NCBI GenBank assembly: GCA_010909165.1
Contig: VJWM01000106.1
Location: 682,001 to 746,000, forward strand
DNA: 64,000 nt
Reading direction: 5' to 3'
Origin: Anthoceros angustus
Taxonomy: Eukaryota; Plantae; Anthocerotophyta
Part shown: positions 1 through 12,116 of the stretch, piece after piece
Layout: each line of letters starts with the position of its first letter
How positions within the stretch are numbered: the stretch's first letter is position 1
Notes under the pieces: generated by a model
The model's database searches: none
What the model saw: the letters and a program-made list of their open reading frames with translations, nothing else
Told to the model about the DNA's origin: nothing
Program-made: the position numbers and the translations under genes

Positions 1-1137
1 GCCGACAGGACAAAATTCCCCTTCCTCCTCGCAAACTCCTCCAATTGACCTCCCTTCCCCTCCGAAGGCCTCCAAAAATTAAGCCACCCACCGACTAACC
101 AACCCGATCACCAATCACGCCACAAGAGCACAGAAACGCCACCGCAGCAGCACAGAAACCTCCGCGCCGCTATCAAATTCCTCCCTACCAAGCCGGCCGG
201 CTCAAGACGAAACTGAATCCGCCGCACCCGACCTCGACGCAGCTGAGGCGCAGAAAAGAAACCTCTCCTCCTCCCGCCGCCTCAGCCCAAGGGTAACAAG
301 GCAACCGGCCTCCGCGAATCCGCAACCGAGCTTGCTCAAAAATGAGACGAGGAAGGCGCGCGGAAGCAGCAGGGGCGGCGGCGAGGCCGGAAAGCAGCAA
401 CCTCCTTGGCTTCACGCTTCGGCAGTAAGACGAAGGCGCAGGAGCAGGAGCCGGAAAGCTGTGAAATTGCAGCGACTCCGGCGAGGGCAAGAATGAAGCA
501 GGAGGCGAGACGGAATTGGGTGAAGAACACGGCGAGGAGGAAAGAGAGGAGGCAAGCGGGCGCCGGTGTGTCAGGCGCAGGCAGGCAGGCAGGCAGAAGC
601 AGCAGGCAGGCAAGCAAGCAAAGCTAGAGGCACGCACCACACAGGCAGGCTCTACTCTCACTCGAAAGCCGAAGGCTGCAGGCTCCTGCCTCTAGGCCAG
701 CCACTGGGCCTTCTTCCCCTTCCCTTCCCTTCCCTTCCCAGTCCCAGGACTAAACGTTCTCGCCTCTGAGTCCGCGCCCGCACGGCCGCGGCGGCAGCGC
801 TAGGCCGGGCGCCGGCCCAGAGGCCCCCCGGGCAGGAGAGAGAGAAACCCCTGCCCGCTGGCCCGGAGGGCCGCGGGCAGCCCCCGCCTGCGCCACCTTC
901 TTGGCACCTCACCTACCCGTAAACCCGTAACCCTACCCCATCGGGGCCCGGGCGCCCACCATCATCATCATGACATGATGCCATGCTGGCTCCCCATCCA
1001 CGCTCATGATGGGCCGGCCGTACCCTGGAGAGAGCATGCCACGCCACATGCAATCCGCCGTTTCGGAAAGACGGAGGAAAGAAAGAAGGGTTCGGCGGTT
1101 CGGCCCGTTTCGGGCCGCCTCACCTTGGAGCGATCGC

Positions 1138-1185
1138 CTCCGACCCTCCGATCCTCCGATCCTCCGACCCTCCGATCCTCCGATC
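1138..1185. repeat. 8-bp tandem repeat (CTCCGAYC)x6
   Basis: Six consecutive CTCCGACC/CTCCGATC units read directly. Confidence 0.9.
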
Positions 1186-1419
1186 CATGGGGGTTTGAAT
1201 TACCCGCGACAGACGCCTCGCTCGCCACCTACCCTACCCGCCGATATCTTTAGCGGGCGGGTCGCTACCTCTGACGGATTTGGAGCTAAGCTCGCTGGAT
1301 TTGGCACCGCACATGGCGATCTCACATGGGGCCATGGAAAGACATCTTTCCGGGAGTCAACCGCGCCGCCAAACCCGTCATTTATTTTATCCGACCCGAT
1401 CCCGCTCCCCGCCGAAACT

Positions 1420-1935
1420 GCGATGGGGCCCCGGTCCGGCCCGGTCCGGCCGGCCCGGTTCGGGCTTCGGGGCCCGGGATCGGGCGGGGCGGGGAACAAA
1501 ATCACGGGCCGCCCGTGATCTGGTGCGTGGCCTGTCAGAGCCCGAAACCCGAAATCGAGCCCGCGACCGCTAACTTAGCGCGGTCCCACCGGGGCCCGGG
1601 CCGGGCGCTAACTTAGCTCCCACGAGGCGTCACATCACGCTTCTGCCAATCATGAGACCCACATCGCATATTCAATTGGGCCTCACTCCACTCCGATTCG
1701 ACCAGGCAACGCTTAGCCGGGCGCCCGGCCTTCTCTCTTTCTGTACGCCGCCGTCTACTACTTTAGCGGCGTAGATCTGGAGGTCCGGTTCGGTTCGGGT
1801 CGGTTCGGGTCGGGGGCCACGTACGTACCTACCACCCGCCCGCCCTACCCACCTCCCAACCCGGACCAGGGCTGCTTCCGGGAGCCTACACGCGTCCACC
1901 GTCGACCGGGTCTCGCCGGTCGCCGGACCGAACCC
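1420..1935. repeat. GC-rich array of short CGGTTCGG/CCGGTCCGG/GGGCCC motifs, possibly DNA-transposon subterminal repeats
   Basis: Motif clusters at 1425-1490 and 1782-1816; no TIR/TSD pair identified. Confidence 0.35.
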
Positions 1936-2095
1936 CAGTTAATCGCGCGCTACGCGTCGGCGTCAGGGAACGGCCGCGTCCTGGCGCCGATTGACCGGGG
2001 TCAGCCGACGATGGCGAGGGCGAGGGCGGCGGCGCCTTATTTGGCCGCATAACCACGTGACATCGTACAGTACGCAGGTCGCCTCGCCGTATGCG

Positions 2096-2263
2096 GCTTG
2101 AGTATGTATTAATGGTTCCCACGAGGTTAATCCCCCCCGGGATTAATGTTCGCGCAGGACAGTTATCCCGCGCAAACGGTAACCGGAATTACCGGCACGT
2201 GACCCCTCCCGTGCCGGCCCGGGATAGTAATCCCGACCAGGCGAACATGTTAGTATCATAAGC
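2096..2263. other. Cluster of nested palindromes/hairpins (possible structured RNA or protein-binding array)
   Basis: TTAATCCC-cccc-GGGATTAA 2127-2146; ATGTTCGC 2146-2153 / GCGAACAT 2241-2248; GGTAA/TTACC 2178-2193; CCGGCACG/CGTGCCGG 2192-2217; CGGGAT/ATCCCG 2220-2235. Confidence 0.6.
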
Positions 2264-5200
2264 AAGGCATCGGCGTGGCGTGGGGAATTTCCAAAATTTG
2301 CGAAACAGCCGCACGAGGTAGGCAGGCTTAGAGCGTAATTAGACATCTGCTCATGCGAGCCACTTGGCTGGCTCATTTTGAATCTGCGCGTACTGGGCAA
2401 CTGGGGCGGGGCGGGAAGTTAACCGGGAGCTGGGGAGGAAGGTGTCATGTGCCGCTGCATGTGCTTAAGGATAATAGGAAGGGATTAAGCGATCGGACAG
2501 GGGAGCCGGTTCACGTGTCCAGTTGCAGGAGCCTGACGCCATAGCCGCGACACATGGATGGCCGCGGATGCGGGCACCGGGACGCGTCTCGGCCAGGCTT
2601 GACACCTGCGAAGATAGGCTGTGCGAGCTCGGGGGTTTTGGCGCCAAGTTTGAATTTGCTGCAGAGCAGCGCAGTCCTGGCGGGGCTTGCCAGGTTCCAG
2701 CTCCCGAGCAGCGAGCTCCCGCAGCCACAACTTGCAGTTGCAGGAGGAGGCTGCAGGAGCGGGCTGCGGCAGCGGCGCTTCCAAGGGCGCAGTAAAAATA
2801 CGGCATCACCGCATCGTCGTCCGCCCAGCGCTGTCCTTTGCTAACCTCAGGTTCTGCCAATGTCCTGACTTGGAGCCTCCATCCCCCTTTGCTTTCGAGC
2901 CGCCTGCGGGTCCCTACCACCGATGCGCCTCCCCTTGCCTTTCACCGCCCGCTTCCGAAGATGCTCTGCTCTGACTTCCCATCCCCTGCATTTCTGCCAT
3001 CGCTTTTGCTTGCATTGCAATGCAACACTCCAAGTCGCCATGTACGTCCTACCGCCATACTCCCTTCACGCCCTTCCATACGCTGCATCGGGCTTCTCCA
3101 CTTTCCCTTTCTTGCAAAGGCCTCCCCGCACCTCCGCCATGCGCTGTCCCCACTCGTGCCCTTCCTCCATCATCCCCGGCCCTTGGGCCCTCCGGCCCTC
3201 CCAGGCCACGTAAGGTTTAGCATTCCGTCCACTTCCATCCTTCGGGTGTAGCAACTTCATCTGTCGACCTGGTAAGATACGAAGGAAGTAGCTAGAAGGT
3301 GCGGATTCGGATGTTGATCCTCATTCCTCCCCGTACTTACCCGAACCCTGGCCGTAACCCTAGCCCTAACCCTAATATGCGTCTCGGACCATCCCATGTC
3401 CTGCACGTATGGATGTCAAAGCGTTAAGGTACAACGTTAATCTGGAGCTGGCCCCCGTTTTACATGTGCAGCATTAAGTACCGGGATCAGGGTTGGCTGG
3501 ATCGGGAAATTTTTATTGTTGAAATCATTTAGAGCACAGGATTGAGCGCACTGGGGAGGGTGATGTAGGGAATGATGCTGAAGCGAATGCATGTGCAGCG
3601 CGGTGTTTTGCAGATGGGCGTGTACCAGTACGACGGGCACTAACGGATCACAAGATGCAGCAGAGCGGAAGCAGTAAGTGAAATTATGCGCTCTAGTGCT
3701 AGCCTGAGATGAGTACAATGTCATAAGGAGGCAGCAGCTTTGCAATGTGCTCTCCATCAAGGCATCAAGGGGGAAGTACACGCCTTCATTCCGTCATGGG
3801 CTAACAGAAGAGAAGGGACCCGACGGGCGGGCGCAACGGGGTCCGCTCCGCTCCCATGCTCTGTACACTGCAGTCACACAGGTGTGTATTGAGAGAATCG
3901 GATCCGGGGCCGGCTCGACGGTACGCCCCGTTCCAACCGAAGCCCGTTCCATTATTGCGTGCAGTTGCAGCGGAGGCCCTAAATTCATCCTCGAGTAATG
4001 CGGGATTACATGGTGCAACAGGTCTGGATCACATGTGGCCAGCGGCGTCACATGTGAAGCATGCATGGGTGACGGCAGCAGTGACGGCCTTGTCCAAACA
4101 GCGGCCTCGCCAAATCCTTCAGGCGATAAGCCTGCTGCTCCAGCTCCACCTCCTGCTGCCCAGAACCTGCCCCATGTGCTTGGTGACGCCCATTCTCTCA
4201 TCATATGTACTCTGGGTTAGGTCTGGTGACTGGGTGAACTCAGGAGACAAACCCTAGTCCAAGCCTCCAGTGTCAACCAGACCGGTTGTGCAACAACAAA
4301 AGCTGCTGGGATTGCCTCTGTCTGACAAAACATTTCTGCAGCCTCAAGCCCGCACGCTGGCAGCCTGGCTGGGCCCGAGGGCCTCCCTCCAACAACCTCG
4401 CTACCCTTTTGGAGTGGAATTGCATGGGTCATGGCTACTAGATAGCCCACTCTATGTACATACATTGATTTCTCGTTGTGCTTGTTGGCAACTAGGGCTA
4501 ATAATAAGACCCTCCAGGCTCCCACCCCAATTCCGATACATGCATGAATGTAGCTCCTTCACCCTTCACCTTCTTTTCCTTCCGTGTTTCCGGCAGGTGT
4601 GCAGCCTTGGAAGTTGAAGTGGGTGGAGTTATTTAGGAAGAAGCGGAGGAAGCAGAAGGCAGTTATGTATGACAATGATGCAGGCAGGGCAGGCCCTGGG
4701 CCTGCGTTATGAGGCTTGTTGTGCTTGGTGCAAATCATTCGGTTCGGATCTCAAGGAGTAGGAAGGGAGCAAGGAAGCGGTGCGGTGCGCACGTTGGGCG
4801 AGGAACGTGAATCGATTTGTGAGCTCGGCCCTTCCATCGATCTGTATGCCATTGCCCGGCCCAATTGCTAATCCCACTGCTGCGTTATTAAGTGCTAAAG
4901 TACATTCATCCTTTGTCTGTAGCCGGAGAGCCTGATGTCATGGGCTGCCAGGCTGGATCTCGGCTCGGGCAGGGTGGCGATCATCGCCACAGTCCGGGAC
5001 CCGACCGGTCCTGACACCTCTTGCTCGCACGGGTGCAGGGTGGCATTCCACCTGTCACTCCCTGTGCCACGCGAAAGCGCGGGAACTGTTCTTGCCACAT
5101 ATTCTATATCGCTGTGTTCATCCTCAACCACAGCCTTCCTTGTTGCCCAACTACAGAAACCAGGTTTGAACCGGAGCAGCCAGCAGAGACAGCTTGCACT

Positions 5201-5637
5201 TCCAGAGGTTACCGAGGCAATCACAAACCACATGTTGATACTCAAAGAATGGCCATTCCAAAGGATGGTCAAAGTATGTCGATACCTGCAACACATTTAT
5301 TGCCAAAAAGATCATCAAATCGAAGCCCCCTAAGCTTCAGTATGCCCTTTGCGATTTCCAAGAGGTCGACAAGTGGACCACATGTAAGCAAGAGTCTTGG
5401 AAGGAACTTCTCCTTAGGTTCTGGTCCCCTTGCACAGCACGATTATCGAAGCCTTTACAATAATGCTGGTTATTGCCCTGTACGAGGGGAACCTTGTTTA
5501 CGTGACCGACGACGTCGACTGGTTGTGACCGAAGACGTCGACTCCCAGCTGATTTACCGAGGAAGATCACTGGGTTGTGGTACATTGGGAAGATATCATT
5601 ATTCCAGGCTACAGCCGCAAGACGCCCAACAGCAGAA

Positions 5638-7624
5638 TCAGTTGCTGTGGTGTAGGCTGATAATACGTTCTTTCCAACGGGGAACCATGTCCTCTTCAGT
5701 AAATATGTACAGGAGGAGTAAAGAGACGAGGAAAAACACAACGAAAACCAAATACCCCCTGGAATCTGCAGAGCACAAGAGAAGCATTTCAGTTGAACAG
5801 GGCAGGATTTAAGTTTCGGACCATAGAGGGAAGACAGAAAAGAGAGAAATTGCAACCTACCTCTCCGACGGGCATCTACAAGAAGAGAAACACGTGCGGT
5901 TGCATCAGCTGATACCGACAACAATGCTCTGGAGACGAGCATCAGTAGCACCATTAGTGGCTTTGCATCAAGGACGGACCAACGGACTGCAACCTGGCAC
6001 TGTCGATCATCCAACAACAGTACCTTCCGTTTGGAGAAAATGCCATTGCAGTAACAATAAAACTGTGTGCATCCTTCACTCGTTGGCACACAATCATTCT
6101 TCTGGTATCAACGAGAGATATGTCTCCCTCCAGCCCACCACTGCAAGCATCATTGAAGCATGACAACTTCGTAAACCAGGAGGAAGTGCAGGAATCAGAG
6201 CCTGAATCTATTTGAGAGGCTGGCACAAAAAGTGACATGATGCAGTGCATTGAGGGGAACAGCATACATGGCTAGAAATTTTCCATCTTCACTGATACTG
6301 AAAGAGGTGATACCACTCCCACTGAACTCTCTCATTTGACGCTTTTTCCACGTTGTGGTATCCCAGGTTGCAACAGTACAAGAAGTACTCTTCTTACGTC
6401 CTGTAGCACGTGGTAACTGAAAGCACGTTAACAGTGAATGCTAGAGACGGAAACGGGGTAAAAACTCCGGGTTCAGTATCCACCACGCTCTAATTGCAGG
6501 TCAGAGAAGAGCAGAGGAAAAACTCACCTCCCCTCATCACCGCATAGAGTAGTGACTTGGTTGTGCCACGAGAGAATTTAGCAAATACAACCTGAAACCA
6601 AATGGACCATTCGGTAAATAGGTGAAAGCACATCAAAACCACCTCGAATATCCTGTTGTCACAGTGAAAAGTGAATAACCACAACGCTCACTAGCCTTTA
6701 AACAGAGTGTAAGACAGCATACAATACACACATGAGTGAGAGAACTTGCCTTGTCACCGTCCAAGGTAGCAATGGGAGCGGCCTTCACCAGGTCCCAAAT
6801 GCGGCAAGGACTGTCGTCATCTGTTGATGCCAAGAAAGTAGCATCCAAGCTGTACATCTAAGCTTAGCAACTGGAAAAGGGAACAAAGCAGACCAGAAGA
6901 AACTTGGACATGACAGATGTGGTAAAATAAATTGGCAACCACTGATCATGGCCAAAAGCAGAAGAAAAAAAATCATACACGGGCAGCAACTACATCGCAA
7001 ACAAATACAGAAGCATTCAGCTCGAGAAGATGCACCACCTGAAATCTAGATCCTTGATGCGCAAGTGAGCACCAGCCTTATCAAGAAGAGGTTGCAAGCT
7101 TGGCCAATCGAAGACGCGCAAATGGCCATCCTGAAATATCAAACAGGACAGCCATAGCCTGTGAGCCTGCCACAGAAGAAGGAAATGAAGCCCCTTGACG
7201 AAAGACCTACCTCACCACCGGCGGCGAGCCTGGAACCATCGGCGCTGAACACAACACACTGCTGTCCAGCATCGGACAGAGACGCTATCAACTCTTCAGC
7301 TGGCTCCAAATTCCAGCCCAGCTGGCCATCCTTGGGCGTGGAATACCGCAAATTTAAGGTGGTGCAATTAGTGGAACTGGAGCAGACAATGGAGCCCTCT
7401 CCGCCCGGGTGCAGGGTCATCCTGTAAGGCACATCGTCGCCTGTGGACACAGATTGCAGCTCCTCCGACAGCTCCTGGGTCTGCCAGTTGTAGCGAGAAA
7501 GGAAAATTTTGTTGGCAATCCCGTTGCCGCCGCCGCCAGCCAGCACCACCACCTCACTCTCGTCGTCCCCGACAGCGGGCTCAGCCCAAGCAGCGCAGTA
7601 GATGGGCAGGTCAAACCTCGGCAT
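5638..7624 (-). CDS. SEC12: SEC12-like WD40 guanine nucleotide exchange factor (STL2P/PREB family), multi-exon, C-terminal TM helix
   Basis: Spliced GT-AG exons give MPRFDLPIYCAAW..VVLAGGGGNG..PYRMTLHP..AAGGE / DGHLRVFDWPSL..IKDLDFS / LDATFLAST..CRIWD / SISEDGKFLA / GGLEGDISLVD..HSFIVTAMAFSPNGR / ALLSVSADATARV / YLVFVVFFLVSLLLLYIF..stop at 5638-5640. Confidence 0.88.
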
Positions 7625-8050
7625 GATGGACCACCTGAGCAGCAGCAGGCAGTGCTGCCCTGCTGAAGCAGATCGACGTCAGAACCCTGCCATTCCCCCA
7701 CCTTTTGCACGCCCACCTTCTCCAATCGAGCCTTTCCTGATCGATGTCCAACCCAAGTCGAGAAATGCTGCTTCAATTTATACGATACCCTATCTCCCTC
7801 ATAGATTTGTAGCTGCGTGTGCGACAGTCAACCGGGCCCCCTTTAGTAAGTCGATTTTGGCTGGTTTTCTCATGGGAGGAAGGTCTCCTGTGCACTTCAA
7901 GGATTCAGCCACGGCGTCAGCTGCTTCCTTGCCATGGAGGATAGGGCAGGAAGGAGGGGGCTGTCATGGGCCCAAGATGGCTCACTTGTCCTTCGAGTCT
8001 GTGTCCTTGCGATGTAGGACAGGGCAGGAAGGAACTACCCAGCACCAGTC

Positions 8051-10284
8051 GTGCTGATACCTTTGCTGGGCTTTCAGAATGCTGGCATCCGCCGTTACGT
8101 GGGTGAGTGGCCCAAAACATGCTTCGCAGGGGCCAGGAAATGCTGTGTGTCCCATGTTGAAGGGGTTTCAGAGGCTGGGATTTGGAACAGACTGTGTTAT
8201 GGAGATCTCACTGACAGCCAGGCAGTTGAAGCACTGGACGTTCTGGTGCAGAGAGGATCTTCGTTTTCGAAATCCCTCTTGTATCGTGCTCTCAGAGGGT
8301 GCATCGACCACAAGAATTTGGTCGTTGGCAGGCGTGTGCATGCTCTAACTCTCCAAGGTGGGTATGAGGCAAACACATCTCTGGCGCACCATAGCACTAC
8401 AACACTTGTGTGCTTCTTGAAAGGGGACCATCACCATATCGGCAGCTGTGCAGTGCTGCCCTGCTGAAGTAAATCGACGTCAGAACCATGGAAGCTGCAC
8501 GATGAACAAATGTGGCTCTACCACGTTGAGAAGCCCGTAGCTTCCTGCACCTCATTGGAGGTGGCAGGAAGCCACGAGGGTCTTTCTCGATGTTGTATAG
8601 CCAGACTGGTCATTGTGGGGTTTCATGATATCGGTGTATGTTGCAAATGAGAAGCCCGTGCAGGCCATGCAACTGTATCCTCAGATGTGCCAGTCGAGTG
8701 TGAAGCTGGCCCAGATCATGAAATATCTATGGGGTACTAAGCCTGTGGCGGTGCAGCTGATTTGGCATCTGGAAGCAGCTCCGCGCTGAATGTTCTGCTA
8801 GGTGAAGGTGAACCCAGTGTTGCATTTGGGAGCTGCCTGACGTGTATGTAAAATGTGGGAGCTTAGAGGATGCCCCGTAGAGTGTTTGACAAAGTGCCCA
8901 AGAGAAATGTGGTCACGTGGACTGCAATGATTGCAGGATACGCTCAGCATGGGTTGGGAGAGAAGCGCTTGCTCTGCATGAGAGTATGCAACAGGATGGT
9001 ATGACTTTGGGTGACCGGGTCACCTTTAAATGCCTCCTCAATGGTTGAGTGTCGGAGCGCTACAACAGGGCAAGAAGCTTTATTGCCACGGTCAGGATAG
9101 AGGGCTGGAAACTGATAATGTCAATTTGTAATTGTCTGGTTGACAGGACGGTAGCTTGGAGTGTTTGACTCAATGACGACCAGAGATGTGGTGACATGGA
9201 AGCGATGATCTCTCGTTATGCAAACAAATGGGCTGTCATGAGGCCCTATCTGTATGCAAGTAGGCCAAAGAACAACACAGCTGCAGCATTTGTCTGCGGG
9301 GAGGGAGCTGCAGTTGCTGATTTAGGAACTGAGAATTGAAGCTAAAATGGATGTGGCCAACTGATTGGTGGATGACCCTAAACCCCAGATGCCAAATGTG
9401 GGAGGTTTGATGATCCTCGCAGAGTGTTTGACAGTTTAACTGTGAAGAACATGGTTACTTGGACTGCCATTGTTTCTGGATATGTTGAGCTTGTACTTGG
9501 TTAAGAGGTTCTTCATCTTTTTGCACCGCATGCCATAGGAGGGCATTAGTTGAGCTGATGTGGTTGCATTGCCATGCCTCTTGATAGCATGCTCTGCTGT
9601 TGGTGCTTTACGACAAAGGAAACAGCTTCATGCTCATATTCAGAACAGAGGACCAAAGCGGATGTGGTTGTTGGCAGCAGCCTGGTCGATACGTATGCGA
9701 AATGTGGGCTGGACATCTTTGCAAGTGCTCAGAGTCATTGCAACATAGAGTGTGCCAGTCAATGTTTGACCATCCGATTGACATCTTCGTATGCAATGCT
9801 GGCCACCGTGTATGCGAACACTGGTAGGTGGACAGAAGCAGATACGATTGAAGACTCGAGAAAGGCCGTAGGTGCAAGCAAAAAGCCTGTCAAGGCGTGG
9901 ATTGAGGTGAACCGCAAAGTTCACACTTTCGTTGTGGAAGAAGCAAAACTGGACACGTCTTCCAGGCTCAGGAGTGCGAACCTGCAGTTGAAGGAGGACG
10001 GAGCACATGTGGAACACACCCAGCTGGTGGTGCTGAAACCAGGATCTGTTTCAGAGGAGGAGGATGCCTTGTGTGGACATTCTGAGAAGCTGTCACTGGC
10101 TTACGGCCTTGTCAACAACCCAGATGGCACCACTCTGCTGGTCACCAAGACTCTGCGAATGTGCAATGACTTCCACAGTGGAACTATTATGTCAAAGATT
10201 GAACAACAGGAAATCATAGTCAGAGATGCCCACCGGGTGCACGACTTCCTGTGGAGATGGGCATTGAACAAAGCAGCTGACTAG
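8051..10284 (+). pseudogene. PLS-class PPR RNA-editing factor with E and DYW:KP-type deaminase domain, degraded
   Basis: PPR motifs (VVTWTAMIAGY-like, VDTYAKCG) broken by frameshifts at 8490-9700. 3' ORF has KKPVKAWIEVNRKVHTFVV..DALCGHSEKLSLAYGL..LLVTKTLRMCNDFH..IIVRDAHRVHDF. Second Zn cysteine is lost (CNDF) and the tail is abnormal. Confidence 0.85.
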
Positions 10285-11152
10285 CAACTCCGCTTTCCTA
10301 TGCTTTCAATAGCATCATCTCAGGCCTCTCAGGGTTCTGTGGGTTTCCAGAACTGCGCACTGCTGCTTTGTCTACTATGAACTGGGTAGAGCGGATTCGG
10401 AACTGCGACATTGTTGGCTATTTTTGGACTCTTGTCCTCCCAGTTGGAATCTTCCAGCATGAAAGGATGCCGTGAGGCACATGCACCATATGCGAGATGG
10501 CGGAACTTAAGGTGGAAGATATCATCATGGAGAGGCAGATCACTGTAGCAAGATATAGTTCTTTTTGTGGTAGCAACTCCAGACTTTCCGAAGGAGTGTA
10601 CTGAGTTGGTTTGTTGATCCAGACGAGCAGACTAACAAGAAGACTGTGCTTCACACCCATGTCTGTCAATGAAGCTAAGTAAAGAGACCTGTGACAACAA
10701 TACCTTCCGTGCGTTTCGATGCCAAAAGCAAGCTTGTGTGAAGTGACTAATCCTTAGCTGGCTGGCTCGCTGGTTATAAACAGACAAGGGGGACTAGTTT
10801 CGCACATTAACAATTTCTGCTTAAGGTGCAGTGCCGAGCGGCGATTGAGCATCTGGCGATCTTGGAGGTTAACATAGATCCAACGATCCAACTTGATTCA
10901 AGCTGTGATGTTTGATTGCACAGAAGCTGAAAGTGGTAGGTCGAATTCAGTGACATGATGCTCGTGTCTGCTTGTTCATGGCAAGAGGATCTGCTAGTAA
11001 TCAACTAGTCAACTTTTCTGTATTCTGAGCTGTGCTACAGTTGCAATCCGTCCTGCCTTGTTGTTTAAGAAGACCCGTAAGTAGTGGGGCAGGGTCTGTG
11101 GCAAGAGGTTGTAGAGATCATGGGCTTTAGTGGACAGGCTTTGCGCAGGATA

Positions 11153-12116
11153 CACATCGGGCTCCAGATGGATTAAGCGAGGTCGAAAGACCTAGCTTCA
11201 GCCTTCCCCGGAAAGGGTAGTAGGCACCTAATATGTACAGTCGTAGAAGTAGAGAATGTGAAAGTCATGCCACTGGACACTAAGGGAGGAACTCATTTAG
11301 TACATCATGCAGAAGATGTCTGGAAGGGTGTCTTCGAATTGCCTACGTATGTATGTCAGAAGAGCACTTTGCAAGATCATGAACACGGACTGGGGGGTGT
11401 GTTCCACGTGCAGAGCGGATGTACACTGCCGATAACGTAAGCTGGACGAGGACGGGTCGACGGAAACTAGGACACGGTGCTGTGAGAACTTCGAATTTCA
11501 TTCAAGCACTCCAGCTCGAAGGACACCTCACAAGACAAGGCACGACCTTGCACGGCTCCTGCGTTCTGCTTTAGTCACCTAGACCCACGCCATACTAGGT
11601 CTGACAAGTGCCCCACAAAGTACTAGGAGGCTACAGTATGTACATCATCTTGTCTTATTACAACATTCTACATACCAGGGACTGACAATTCTTCAACCAC
11701 AGGCTCCACATCCCTACATGTGCAGTGCTTCTTAACTGACAATGAAGATCCTGCCACACATCCCTTAGACGGCAGTGAACATGACACCACTGAACCATTA
11801 TTTTTACATGTTACAAAAGGCCAAGCGCCTCAAAAGAAAAATCAACAGTAAGCGCAACCTGGGCCGAAGCCAGAAAACAGGAGGTTTCACCTCCCATTCG
11901 AGTCCACCGAGCAGGTAACTATCTACAAGTGCAACCCCACCTTCCTGGGGAAACAAGGAAGTAAGATTTGGTTAGTGCTGGTAGGATCGTTTAAAATTCG
12001 TGTTGCCCACCTAGGATGATTATCAGTTAAAAGAATGGTAAGAATGTTGCCTCTGCTTTGCAGAGACAAAAGAGGTGCAAACCCTGAGTGAAAAGAAACC
12101 CCCGTGAGGGAGACAT
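11153..12116. repeat. Segment X, copy 1 (sequence downstream of SEC14); further copies at about 16393-17193, 18311-18975 and 19457-20366
   Basis: All four copies begin CACATCGGGCTCYAGATGGATTAAGCG and are colinear. Confidence 0.85.

Noticed and set aside
185-912. Possible 5' exons of a minus-strand gene leaving the window
   Set aside because: Donor-like sites exist (about 188 and 660), but no frame gives a recognisable protein and GGCA microsatellites dominate.
1655-1670. USE-like motif ACCCACATCG (snRNA or telomerase RNA promoter)
   Set aside because: No correctly spaced TATA box and no recognisable snRNA downstream; similar CCCACATCG matches at 16391, 18310 and 19455 are junction by-products.
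3352-3377. Telomere-like TAACCCTAGCCCTAACCCTAA
   Set aside because: Only about three degenerate units; common in promoters and TE ends.
2400-4800. Transposase remnant (MULE/SWIM-like Cys motif near 3570)
   Set aside because: Similarity too weak and no TIR/TSD found.
4895-5812. Overlapping ORFs of 130-260 aa downstream of SEC12
   Set aside because: No recognisable domain or consistent exon chain; may be 3' UTR or a TE remnant.
10330-12000. Extra 3' exons extending SEC14
   Set aside because: Some GT-AG-bounded open segments exist, but I could not build a stop-free chain; needs cDNA.
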